Assembly: GCF_006345805.1 (NCBI RefSeq)
Contig: NC_042997.1
Span: 107,694,001 to 107,758,000 of the forward strand
From: Octopus sinensis
Taxonomy: Eukaryota
Length of the DNA: 64,000 bases
Direction of reading: 5' to 3'
Below, piece by piece: positions 50,235 to 63,120 of the stretch. The stretch's first letter is position 1, and each line of letters opens with the position of its first letter. The translations under genes were made by a program, and so were the position numbers. The notes under the pieces were generated by a model. That model was not told where the DNA came from. It saw nothing but the letters and a program-made list of their open reading frames with translations, and searched no databases.

Positions 50235-51065
50235 CCATCATCATCATCATCATCGTTTAACGTCCGTTTTCCATGCTGGCATGGGTTTGACGGTTTGACT
50301 GGGGACTGGCAAGCCAGGAGATCACATAAGGCTCCAATCTGATCTGGCAATGTTTCTACAGCTGAATGCCCTTCCTAACACCAACCACTCTGAGAGAGTA
50401 GTGGGTATTTTTTTACGTGTCACCAGTCAGGCGGCACTGGTGTCAGCCATGTTCAGATGGTGCTTTTTATGTGCTACCAGCATAGGAGTCAATTGGGGCG
50501 GGGGCTGGCATCAACCACATTCGAATGGTGCTTTTTACGTGCCACTGGCACAGGGAGCCAGTCAGGCGGCACTGGCATCGGACACAACTACAATTTCCAT
50601 TTGATTTGATTTTGATTTTACTTGACTCAATAGGTCTCCTCAAGCACAGTATCTGGTGAGACAATTCAAAGGTACTTTTTAAATGGGTTGGTTATGTGAC
50701 ACTGGTGTAGGCTACAGCTGTGATCTCACTTTACTTGCGGGGTCTTCTCAATCACAGCATATATCCAAAGGTCTCGGTCTTTTGTCATTGCCTCTGTGAG
50801 GTCCAATGTTCGAAAGTCATGCTTGACCACCTCATCCCGTGTCTTCTTGGGTCTCCCTCTTCCATGGGTTCCTTCTACTGTTAGGGTGTGACACTTCTTC
50901 ACACAGCTCTCCTCATCCATCCATAGCACATGACCATGCCAGTGCAGTCGTCTCTCTTGCACACCGCATCCGGTGCTTCTTATGTTCAACATTTCTCTCA
51001 GAGTGCTTACACTCTGTCATGTGTGCACACTGACATTACACATCCAGCGGATCATACTAGCTTCA
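50235..51065 (-). mobile_element. RTE LINE 3' end with UTR
   Basis: QERRLHWHGHVLWMDEESCVKKC...GRGRPKKTRDEVV, then the UTR and a (GAT)n tail. Confidence 0.85.
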
Positions 51066-51402
51066 ATTAAAGATAAGTTAGAAGCAGATGGAACTGTAGT
51101 TCAAAATGTCCATAGGAAATGTTCTGGAAGACTGCAGAACCAAGGAGGGGACTAAAAACATATTGCCTAAGTTCAAAAAATATGTGCAGCAGCTAAGTTT
51201 GTAAAATAGGAATTTCAAAATCACGTGTTCATTGCATTTTGAAGGTCTGTCATTGAATAACTTACATTCCAGGAATGGTCCATGCTCTCAATGAAGATAA
51301 TCCTGACTAAAAAATGGGGTTTTGTGAGTGATACTTAGCAGAAGGTGCACATTTTCCAACAAAGATTGGAAAGAATGAGGCTACATTTCAATTAAACTGC
51401 TG

Positions 51403-51433
<31 letters not shown>

Positions 51434-54249
51434 TTACAAATATGATATATACCATCATCATCATTGCTTAATGTCTGCCTTCCATGCTTGCATGACCCAC
51501 AATGGCAGCCCCCAACCAGTCCTTAGTACTCTGGACCTACCATTTGGTGTTTCCTACAGTCACACCCCACAGATGTAGCACTTCAGGAGTTCAAATCAGG
51601 AGTCTTAAGACTCTTGATTTGTTGGGGCTCATACAAATTCTTCCAACTGTTACCAAACATGAATTGTTCTTTCCTCATTATGTAAGACTTGTACATAACG
51701 TCTGTCCTCATGAACGCCACATTTGGTTATTAATTTCACTCCCTTCAGTTGTTCAATGATGGAACCTCATCAGTCCATTGTTGATGATGACCATGACCCG
51801 CAGGATCCACTCAGCTGTTCTGATAACATCTGATTTGAGAATGATTCTTTCTCTCAGCCACAAATGATACAGAGGCTACTAGCTCTTTCCTGCTTCCCAA
51901 CCAAGTCACTTACGTTCTCTTTCGTCACCTGCAGGCTCAGAAAATAGTCCCAAACCTCCTCTGTTCTCAAATATTTCAAAATCCATAGGATGAGGTGATG
52001 AAGCATGTCTTTCAAACATTGGGCCTCACAGAGGCAATGATGAAAGACCGAGACCTTTGGACAATATCAGTTCACAATGCTTACCAAGAAAAGTTGAAGC
52101 ACTTTGAAGAAAACTCTCTTCCTGGTTTCATTCTTAAATGTACATCTACAATATTAAAGCAACTATTCCAAAATTCTTTTTATGTGAAATTCCCAAAGTC
52201 ACTTCCAAATGCATCTTAAATGGGTGCTTTAAGGATATTTAAAAAAAAAAACTTGGCTCACAGTTACTGACCCATGGGCCAAAACAAAAGAATGGTACTT
52301 GGAGCCAGGAACTTTGATAAAAATCAAAGCCCCGAGAAATTTGGTCCATGATTAGGATGTGTGTGTGTGTATTTGCTGGAGTATTGTCTATACCATGAAG
52401 AGTGTTCATAACAAGCCTCTTCCCTTTCCAGTTGTTATTGTGGAGATAAACATATTAGTAACATGTGTAAACTTCACAGTAAATAATTCCTAGGAATCCA
52501 TCTTTTCAAATCGGAAGCCTGCTTTAAATCCTCTGTATTTAAGGGTCACTCATCATAACTTTGCATCATCACTCTCTATAGATGAACAAGGGGTCATTTG
52601 AAACTATAACCATCCCATTGTATTTATTTGATTGATTGATGAACAACTAGTTTGCCAATTTCCTGAAATTCATATTCCAAATAATCCCTTTTTTATGATT
52701 GAGCCCTGTAGGCCATAGAAGGCATTCTGGCATTATCCAACATGATAACAGGGTCTTTGTCCTTTATGTTGTGGCAGTTTACAGGAGATCCTCATAGAAG
52801 AGGTTCTTCTATAATAAACCACTGCTGTTGTTGTGGTGGGTACACAGAGCCCTGTCACTCTTGCTTTGTTGAGGATTTAGCCTCAATTTCATTATTCATC
52901 CTCTCACTACCCACACCATCACTTCATCTACTTTTCTACTAACAATACACCCACCCTATTGTTATTAAACTCCAAGAGTGCATGCATGTGCACACACACA
53001 CAGCAGGCTTCTTTCAGTTTCTGTCTGCCAAACCTTCTCACAAGGCTTTGAAAACACTCCTAGAACCCCATAACCTCCATGTTGTATTTCTTAATCCACA
53101 CCTCTCTGATCTTGTTTTCTAACTCTGTACCCTTAATTCATGACTTGTCCACATTTTAAATTTCCAAAATTGGAGTAAATTTCATGCCATGTTTCTTGTT
53201 TTGGCCTTCAATTTACAAAGATTTCTACAGTCTATGAGCCTATTTATTCTGTAAAGTTTCTGGCTAGACATAACATTATGCTTTTCAAAATTCTCTCTCT
53301 TAAAATTTTGAGTTGTTGTCTGTGTTATTTTAAAGTTATTTTTAGAAACTGGGAGATCCCAGCTATTTGAAATAAAAAATAAAAATAATTTAATGCATTC
53401 ATTCTTCCTCAAGTATAATGGCTTGCTCAAGGAGGTGCCTGTAGAAGGATGCAGAAAACTTATAGTATGAAGAAACCTTTTCACATTTTATCAAGTTAAG
53501 CAGATTTTGTCCGAAATCAAATATTTAAAAGATCATATTTTCAAATAACTTTGTCTATTCATCAAATTGCCTGAAACTTAAATGTGTTACAAACTCACCC
53601 CCACCAATTCTTTGAGGCACATTTGGTTCCAAATCTTTTTTATATCAGTGTATCTTTCCAACTGTAAAATGCTGAAGGCCAATTAAAATTCTTCTCTTGG
53701 AGACACCAAGCGAAGAGGAACCACGAAAGCACGAGGTTTATTGATTTTTCTCTCCAATGCTAAATATTTAGTAGTTGGTGCCAGCTTTGGCATATGTGGC
53801 AATGATGTGCTGCAGCTCCTGGGGCCAGCCTGATTTCAAGAAGAAGCAGTGTTGTTAAGATAGCCAAACTCCAAATGGGGACACACAAACAACATATTTC
53901 ATAATAACCATGTGTCTTTTGTTGAGTAACATCAACGATTCCTCGTTTAACACTCACCTTCCATACTGCCACCGGTTGAACTATGTTGTGGCTGAATCTT
54001 TAATGATGGTTCAACACCTTGCCACCATTTGAATTCAGTTTGCACACACACACGCACGCACACACACACACACACACACAAACACACAAACACACTCTGC
54101 GCTACAATGAATTTAATGTACTGTATATTTCAGAAATATCAGTAAGAATGTTTATGAAGAAAAGGCTGTGCATTATAGTAGTAAAGGGCAGGGAGTGGTG
54201 TGGTGGGGGAATGGGGGGTATCTGCAATTATTTCACATATAATTAATAT

Positions 54250-54841
54250 AATTATATAACATAATGAATATAATTTCCCCTATTCTCACATCAGATTAAA
54301 ATATTGTTATTAAAAGTAAAAATAGCCAAATAATAGTAAACATCTCTTTAACTCACAAATCAAAATGTATACTGTATATATAAATATAAATACATGCATA
54401 CACATACATACATATATGTATGTAAGTATGTGTATACATGATATATAAATATATAAACATATATATAAAATTACAGGCACATATATATGCATGTATATGA
54501 ATACATGCATATGCATATATATATATATATATATATATAATTATAACAATGTTCGGTAAAAACTTATACAAAAAGCTTTTTTATATATAATTCTTTTCCA
54601 TACCGGAAAACTACTAGGTGAAATTTGTTAATTTTATTAAATTAATAATTTTTTCACCCTATATCTGTAATAATAAATAAATATATATATATTACTTATT
54701 ATATTATATTTATCATTCATTTTATACTTTTTGAAAAAAAAAATTATTATTATTATATATATTACTTGTTATTTATGTATTGGTTATGTCTATCACTAAG
54801 TTGCATAATAGTGGTTTTATCTCTAATTTATATTTTATATA

Positions 54842-54890
<49 letters not shown>

Positions 54891-54968
54891 TAATCTACAA
54901 CTATAATATAATATTTATGTATATATATAATACATATATATTATAATAATCTACATAAAATTTTATAC

Positions 54969-55005
<37 letters not shown>

Positions 55006-55020
55006 TATATGCATATAAAT
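54250..55020. repeat. (TA)n/(TATG)n low-complexity tract upstream of SPS
   Basis: Several long TA runs, for example about 54835-54886 and 54970-54996. Confidence 0.9.
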
Positions 55021-55200
55021 TTCTTTTTCTTTTCTTTCTTCGGTGCTTGCAGCTATTTATGTCCCGTTCGGTGCACCATAGTATAAAGCCTCTGTCCCAG
55101 TCGCACGACGAGCGAGTCCCTCTCCATCCGGGTCTTTCTCTCACCATTCTCTCTCGACGACGCCATAACGTGGCTCACAGAAACGAACAAGCAATTATGT
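55020..55200 (+). promoter_or_regulatory. Probable SPS promoter/5' UTR
   Basis: Abrupt change from a (TA)n tract to CpG-rich sequence. TATA-like gtataaag at 55081-55088, directly upstream of the coding exon. Confidence 0.5.
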
Positions 55201-55203
55201 CCG
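55197..55203 (+). CDS. SEPHS2: Possible upstream SPS start mini-exon (ATG TCC G), giving the extension [17 protein letters not shown]
   Basis: ATGTCCG|gtcaat followed by an 85-nt intron joins in phase 1 to the open frame at 55289. The donor is weak. Confidence 0.45.
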
Positions 55204-55288
55204 GTCAATATTTTCTCCTCTACTCGGAATTTTGGTCGTGTTATTTCCCATTCGAGCGGAATTAGAAATTTTTTCCTTTTCCTTTCAG

Positions 55289-55525
55289 ATGTTCAGGAAG
55301 CCTGCCCGCCGGAGGAACCGCGAGATCTGTCTATGCGGCGACCTTTCGATCCTGTCGCTCACGATTTGGATCCGAAATTCCGACTCACCAAATATGCTGA
55401 CCTGAAGGGATGAGGGTGTAAGGTCCCCCAGGAAGCTCTGCTCAAGCTTCTTGAGGGACTACAACAGGACAGCAGTGCCCAGGAGTCCGAACACTTCCAG
55501 TACATCGCCAGTGTTCCTCGAATAG
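55289..55525 (+). CDS. SEPHS2: Selenophosphate synthetase (SPS/SelD, SEPHS2-like) exon with in-frame UGA; later exons not found in window
   Basis: From ATG 55333: [73 protein letters not shown](U)GCKVPQ is the SPS active-site motif. cctttcag acceptor, gtaaga donor, 193 nt from this ATG to the donor. Confidence 0.95.
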
Positions 55526-58500
55526 GTAAGAAATGGCTTCACCAATTTTTTTTATTCTATCGGAAACGAGACATTGCTGCTACTGTCTCGGCATTAACCA
55601 CCAAATCGGCTTTTATTTCGCCGATCTGGATGAAGTAAAGAACCCAGCTTATTTCTTTTAGTCGCAAATAATTTTCCTAAGTTTATTTTATGATTTTGGG
55701 GTAGATTTTGGTGTGTACCTTGTGTTTGTGAGACATAAATAGGTTTTTTAATGTGACTCCCTTTCGATGCTCTCCTCTCCATAATGGCGGCTCTCAGCGC
55801 GTGGTGGCAGGTGTGTGTGTGTGTGCGTACGTGCGTGTGTGTTTGTCTGTGTCTGCAGTATACGTCGGCAGGTGTGTTTGTGTATGTCTGCAGTATACGT
55901 TGTTGGCAGGTGTGTGTGTGTCAACAACTTGTTGCAACAACATCCCCCCCACCCCCAGTTGCTCGTCTTTTCTTCTAAAACACTTATTTAAAAACATCTT
56001 TTATTATTATTCAGTCACACTGTTTCTTATTGTTATTCCTGACCATCAATCCCGACTCAACACAAATTCTATCGTCTTTCATTTTTCAATTTACATCAAA
56101 AGATTTCCTACAAAAGAATTTTCCCTTTTCTGTTTTTCCCGGCGACTTCTTTCAACACAAATTTTCTCAACAGAACCAACAAATTAACTCAACATTTTCC
56201 CGTTTATTTTGCATTTTAATTAAGAAAAAAAAACGCAATTTTTTTCCTTCGGGCTCAGATTTTTATTTAAATTTCATTAAATTTTAACAAAGCTCGTTAT
56301 TTTTCTTTCTCGTTTTAAAAATATATTTGCCAAAGACTTTTATTTAGATTAAATTCATTTCTTTAATTTTCCTATTAATTACAAATTTATTTCAATTTAA
56401 AAATTTGCTGTATTCTTTCTTAGACCAACCTAGTTGGCTCGTATTATTTAATTTTAACATATTTCTACTTAAATTATTTAATTAATTCAGTATATCTGAG
56501 GGAAGATTTAATTTAAAACCAATTATTTCCAATTAAAAACAAAATATGCACATTGTTTCGCTTTAATGTTTTCCTCTTAATTTTGACAACAATCTGTAAG
56601 TTAGGGTTGTTTTTGTTTTATAACAATATGAAATATTTGGTTCATGTTTGCTTATTAATATTTCTTTTATTTCATTTCCCTCTTCATATTCTTCCCTCTT
56701 TTCTTGGTGCAATTTTTCAATTCTAGACTTACGTCATCGTAAACTTGGCATAAATTAGCCAACTTTTAAAAGACATTATTTCAACGTTGCTGCAATTTTC
56801 TACATTTTTAATTACTTATGTAAAAAAAATTGACATCTTTTGCTTACAATTCTATTAAAACACCTATTCGAAGTTAATAATTTTACTATCTTGCTTGGCC
56901 ATATTCGATGCAAGTCTACCAAATTATCGATTTTCATCTATTCATAAATAAAATCGAAAATTTTTTTTATAAAACAAGCAAAAAAAGTCTTTGAGATATT
57001 ATTATGAGATTCCTGAAAGAGACAATGCGATAGGGAAGAGGGACCAAACGGTGTAAAAAGTTGATGGTGGGAAGTGTGACGAAAGATATGAAAACGGAAG
57101 CCGGTGGTTGTTAAGGGATAACCTGCCTGTAGGGGCAGGGACTAGTGACTTCTATAATCCAGGGAAAGATGATTGTGGTAATAGAGGAGGCAGATGACTA
57201 CAGGTGTTGTCAGTTAACAATAAACCACTCTACCTAGGACTTAATGAACTGTAAAAATTCTTTGGTAGAGTACCACACCTTTGTAGCTTGGCTGTTGCTA
57301 AGAGAATTGAGTGTTAGGAATTTAGCATGCAGGTAGGGTGTCCCTCACAGCTTGGCTCATAACATAATCCTAAAAGTGGAGTTTGAAACCAGCTGTGGGA
57401 ACTGTAATGGTTTAGTTCTTCATGGATCAAGATGTCTAAGATTTAGAGATGAAAATTCCTGATATGGAGGCAAAAGCCGAAAATTAGGAAGGCTGAAAGT
57501 AAATCGAGTAAAGAGAAAAATATTATAAAAGTAGAACTCTGCTGTCAAGATGTCAGCGTACAACTGCTGTATCTCAACTGGCCTACTTCATATATACGAG
57601 GAATGTGGGGTTACAAGTGGAGGAGGCAAACTCGTGTGGTTTTGTGGTAGATGCACAGCTGTAGTTAGCTGTGAGAGGATGCAAGGAATATATTCCATCC
57701 AATGCTTCTGTTAGTTAAGTTACCAAATAAAATGTAGAGAAGTGTTGTGAAAGTAGTCAGAAGAAAACCAGGCTGGAAAAGTGCAGGGAGCCATTATTTG
57801 TGAGGGTAAAGGTTAGATTGGTATAATTCTTGTGTATGAAGTGTGATGGATGGTTGTGGAACGTGGCCGTTGAGTGTGGGATGTGTAGAAGCTGGGAAGA
57901 AACGAGGTGAACATGTTTTGTTGGATGTGTATGGATAATGGGACAAAAGTGGTTGGTCTGAGAGGAAGGAAGTTACAGAAAATTAAGATTGAGGAAATAA
58001 TAGAGAGAAGTGAAGGCTGAATTTTAGAAAAGAGATAAAGGAGTGTGGTGGGATGCTGTGCTGGAGAAGAGTTGTTTACCTGGTAAAACTGGAGATAAGG
58101 ATGATACAGTGTAGATCTCAAGGGAAATGTTTCTAATGTTGGGTTAGGACCAACAGATTTCATTGTGTCATTTGTAGAAATGGGACATTGTTATGTTCTA
58201 ATTGGTGATACCTAAAGAATGGATATCTTTTCTACTTAAGAATTGGATAGTTTTATGGAATGTTTTAGTATTGGAACAACAAACTGCATTATAAAACCTG
58301 ATACCAATTAAAAACAGTTACAAAATTTATGTTAATTTAGAAAGAAAATTTATTACAAGAAATTTTTTCTTCAGCTTCTTTTTGTAAAATGTCACTTTAA
58401 ACAGGGTGTTTGTGGCATTATCGTTTATTCAAGCTCAGAACTGACTGACTGCCATGTTCAATGCTTTATTTCATTCATAACAGCAGTGACAACTATTTCT

Positions 58501-59169
58501 CTTAAATTCCGATTAGTGCTTATTTTCTTTACCCTTATTGACACCACCCTGCATGATACCATCTTCAGTTGTATTCTATAAATCCACCGCTTATATGTCC
58601 TTGGGACCCCTGATGTATGGAATTTTGCCGATTGAGTATATGCCCTCAACATGTACTATTTTCATGGATTAATTATATGCTCTGAGAGGTGTAGTTTTGT
58701 CTATGGTTAAGAGGTACACTTCCCAAACATGATTTTGGGTTCAGTTGTTCTATACAACACGTTGGCTAATTGTCTTCTGCTATAACCCTGGATCGATCAA
58801 ATCTTTGCAAGTTAGCTTGGAAGGCAGAAACTGAAAAGACCATGCTGTGTGTGTGTGTGTATATCAGTGCATCCCCCAAAATCCCTGAGCTGCAAACAAT
58901 GATTTTGTTGTCATTTCTCCTCTCACCAAATCGTTGGCTGGTTTTGCTCCTGAGATGATATGTAAAATTAAGGGGCCCCCTGCTTGAAAAAATGGGTAAT
59001 GGTTAATAAGAGGAAGCAAATGCAGCTGTAAAACAAAGCCTCAAAAATATGTTCATCTAACCCATTGTAGCATATAAAAACAAATGACGACTTCGTAGTG
59101 TTTTGCTAATAATATTATAATGTTTAATACTTACAATTTCTCAACCATCATTTTTATATCCGTGTCTTG

Positions 59170-60170
59170 CTCCTCTCTGAATACTCTCACTCATCGTATC
59201 ATTTCTGCAAGGTTGTCTTGAGGTTGTTCTTCTGTACTTTGTCTCATGCCTTCTGGGGTCTCCCTTTTTCGTGAGTTCCATCCACTGTGAGCGATCGGCA
59301 CTTCTTTATAGAGCTGTCGACATCCATCTGTATCACATGACCAAACCAATGCAGTCTTCTCTCTTGCACACTGCATCTAATTCCTCTCATGCCTGACATT
59401 TCTCTCAACACACCAGCACTCTGTTGCATATGTACTCTTACATTACACATCCAACAGAGCATACCAGCCTCATTCCTCTCTAGCCTTTGCATGTCTTCTG
59501 CATTCAGGGCCCACATCTCACTATCATGTAGAATTGTTTGTATACATCATACAATCTTCCTTTCACTTGGAGGGAGATAACAGAGGTAAAAGATCTCGGA
59601 ATTTTCTCTATCCTATTCTTATTCTAATGATTACACTTTCCATGCATCACCCCCCCCCCGCTAATTAGGTTCCCTAGGTAACAAATTATCCACTACCTCT
59701 AAACAGTCTTTGGGGCTCTTGAAAACATCAATTTCCTGAGAATCTGTAATTTTTATGACTCCTGTGCATCTTCCACATACAAACATTACTTTCTCTGACA
59801 ATCTTCCTATTATTCCACTGCACCTCTTGTGCTGAGTACAGTGGGTACACCATAATGGAATTCCTACTTACACCTTTCCTACAAATTGAGCAAGGCCATT
59901 CTCCTGATGGGGGTAGAGTCTGTTTTCTTAATTTCTAGAACAGTAGTCTTTGATATGTTAACCATAAGGCCAGATTCCAGGTTTTACTTCCACACTTGGA
60001 ATATCTCTGATATGGAATCCACTATGAGGGCAAGATCATCAGCATATAGTAGTTCCCAGCGACTACTAGTCTTGAATTCCTCTGTTATGGTCTAGAGGAC
60101 AGTGATGAAAAGGAGGGAACTAGGGATAGAACCTTGATGAACCCCTACCTGTGCACCAAATTCTTCACAG
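59170..60170 (-). mobile_element. RTE LINE RT fragment in the SPS intron
   Basis: ORF 59244-59516 (MQRLERNEAGMLCWMCNV...RRLHWFGHV). A YADDLAL-type segment lies near 60040. Confidence 0.8.
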
Positions 60171-62784
60171 TACTTGTGATTAACTCCCACCTTACTGACA
60201 GTGCCAGTTGTTGCGAGGTTAAAAGAATAATAGGAGAGAGAGAGACAGTGTGAAGGAGACTTAGAAAAATAGAGATGGTGGTGGATATGTTGGGAAATAG
60301 CTTTTGGGTGCAGTGGGAGAGAATTTCATCAGAATGTGAAAGAAAATGGTTAGGTGGGATAGAGATAGGAGTGGCACAGTGGGGGAAGGGGTTATAATAG
60401 ATAGGTGAGGGCATTGGGAGAGATAGGGGATAAAAGAAGTGTTAAGGATGGATGGAGTATAGTAGAGAGGAGGCAGCATTGCTGGAGGAAGATGAGGAAT
60501 GGAGGTGGTCCTGGGGAGGGGGAAGGCGATTATGGTTGTTGAATAATATCAAGTGATGAGTTTAGGGAGAAGCTTGATAGGGGTAGGGCAGAGCTGCTTT
60601 GCACATACAAACATTTACCAAAGTGGTTTTAGGATATCAATTCTGTTGTGGTGGGTGGGTTTTCTTGAGCACAACAAGGCTCCAGATATCTCAGTCCTTT
60701 GTCATCTCCTCTTTAAGGCTTTGTATCTCTTAATACTTTCTCCATAACTTCCTTCTTTGAGTGATTGGTACTTCTTTATGCAGCTATCCTCTTCCATCTG
60801 TATCACATGTGCTGTATTTTCTCCTGCACACTGCATCTGATTCCTTTCTAATCCACTCTGCAGGGTGGTTGGTGTTAGGAAGGGCATCCAACCATAAAAA
60901 CCCTGCCAAAACAGTCACAGTAGTCTGCTGCAGGTTTCTGCCTGGCCGGCTCCTGTCAAACTGTCCAACCCATAGCATGGAAGGTGGATGTTAAATGATG
61001 ATGATGTTGATATATAATATGCAATTCATCAGGGGACTAGGTATGTTCTATGAGGGCTCAGTTTGGTTTACCACTAAAACTCCAGTTTGAACATAAGAAA
61101 TGTGTTTTAGTTAGAAATATAGGAAGGAAATGGTTGAAGTCCTAATTGTTTCAAAATTCTTCTTTTCCATGTTTTTGTCAATCCTAACCTGTTTTCAAGC
61201 CAGGTAATGTCTTCTCATTGTCAGACATTTTTCATAGAACACTAAAAACAGACATTGTTCCTCTGACACAGTGGCTCATTTACAACCATCACATGCTAAC
61301 CTTGGATCGTAGAGTGACCCACTGTTCTTGAGGAGACCTATTGAGTCAAGTACGTCAACATTAACATCAAAATAAAAGTCAAATGGAAATTGTATTTAAG
61401 ATACCCGTGCCGGTGACAGGTAAAAAGCACCGTCTGAACGTGGCAGATGCCAGCATTGCCTGACTGGCGTCTGTGTCGGTGACACGTAAAAGCACCAACC
61501 GATTGTTTGCGAGCCTCCTCTGGCCCCTGTGCTGGTGGCATGTAAAAAGCACCCACTACACTCACGGAGTGGTTGACGTTAGGAAGGGCATCCAGCTGTA
61601 GAAACACTTCCAGATCAGACTGAAGCCTTGTGCAGCCTCCTGGCTTCCCAGACCCGGTCGAACCGTCCAACCCATGCTAGCATGGAAAACGGACGTTAAA
61701 CGATGATGATGACATGAAATCAGACAATGTTATAAAGAAACACACACACACCATCATATATGACTGGTTTCTTTTATACTACCAAATCAACTTACAAGGC
61801 TTTGTGACTGTGTGCGTGGATTTGGTTATTATGAACTCCCACCAATTGATGGACAAAATATGTTTATTCCAAAAATCTTCAAACCCAATCAAGAAAACTT
61901 TGGATAAATTAAACAGTTTTTTTTGTATCTTTTTATTGTCACAATCAACAAATCTTAATGTAATTAAGCATTAGGAAGGGTATCCTGTTGTAGAAACTAT
62001 GGCAAAAACAGGCAATGGAGCCTGCTGTGGCTCCCAGCCATACCAGCTCCTGTCAGATCATGTAACCCATGACAACATAGAAGATTATAAAATGATGGTG
62101 GTGATGATAATGATGATAATTAGATCTGAATGAAATTCAACAAAGACAGCAATATTGATAACCTGACCTATTTTAATCTAATAATAGTTTTAGCAATAAA
62201 AGTAACTATTTACAACAAAAAAAAAAAACCCAACTAATTTTTAAAATTGTCATGCCAGAAATTTTAATGAGGTCAGAATAGTGTCACCAACACAGTTTCT
62301 TTTAATTAGAGAGATTTTATTCATTGGCTATGAGTTTAAAAATGAAAGGTGGGGATCAGAGATAGAGAGACATTGGTGTCTGTCTTTAAAAAGTTTCAAC
62401 AGATAAACAAACTCTATACTTGAAAATATTTATTATATATTCACGTAAGAAAAATTCATGTTTAAAGAATTAATAAAGTTTACCATCATCAAAATCATTC
62501 CAAATTCTAATGAAAACATGGCTACCCCTGCTTGTCCTAGTCATCCACCTCTCTACCGTCTCAAATAGTCAAGGGAGTTTTCCTTCTTTTCCTTTTTCTC
62601 CCCTATTTTGTAAGCTACTCAGCAACTGCACAAGCACTAGTGGCACGAAACAGCTGTTAGAGACTCTATATCTATATTTTCTATCTAAATTGTCTTTTTC
62701 AAGTGATGCCAAATGGTTTACCTTTTTTTCATTTTTACTTAATTCTAAAATAATTGTGAATATAGATTTATAAATATAGTTTTC

Positions 62785-63120
62785 CTCATCATCATACCTC
62801 CGTTCTCCATGCTAGCATGGGTTGGACGGTTCGACTGTGGTCTGGGAAGCCAGAAGGCTGCACCAGGCTCTAGTCTGATCTGGCAGCGTTTCTACAGCTG
62901 GATGCCCTTCCTAACGCCAACCACTCCGAGAGTGTAGTGGGTGCTTTTTACGTGCCGCCGGCACAGGTGCCAGGTGAGGCTAGCAACGGTCACGATCGGA
63001 TTGGTGCTTTTTACGTGCCACTGGCACGGAAGCCAGTCAAGGCGGCGCTGGCATCGGCCACGTTCGGGTGGTGCTTTTTACGTGCCACTGGCACGGAAGC
63101 CAGTCTAGGCAGCGCTGAAA
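62785..63120 (-). repeat. Young copy of the abundant (GAT)n-tailed RTE 3'-UTR repeat (more than 20 copies in the window, both orientations)
   Basis: Shared core ctacagctggatgcccttcctaacgccaaccactc. CpGs are retained in this copy. Internal tandem units of about 65 bp. Confidence 0.9.

Noticed and set aside
52390-52960. Coding-like minus-strand stretch, possibly a decayed non-LTR element
   Set aside because: Stops in all frames and no recognisable motif.
55781-55815. ATGGCGGC (YY1-like/strong ATG) with nearby GT donors, as an alternative SPS first exon bypassing the UGA
   Set aside because: The donors examined give phase 0 or 2, but the next SPS exon needs phase 1. There is no homology, and the site runs into a (GT)n-rich tract.
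57000-58250. Purine-rich block with ORF 57813-58163, possibly an old LINE
   Set aside because: No diagnostic RT or endonuclease motif recognised; left unannotated.
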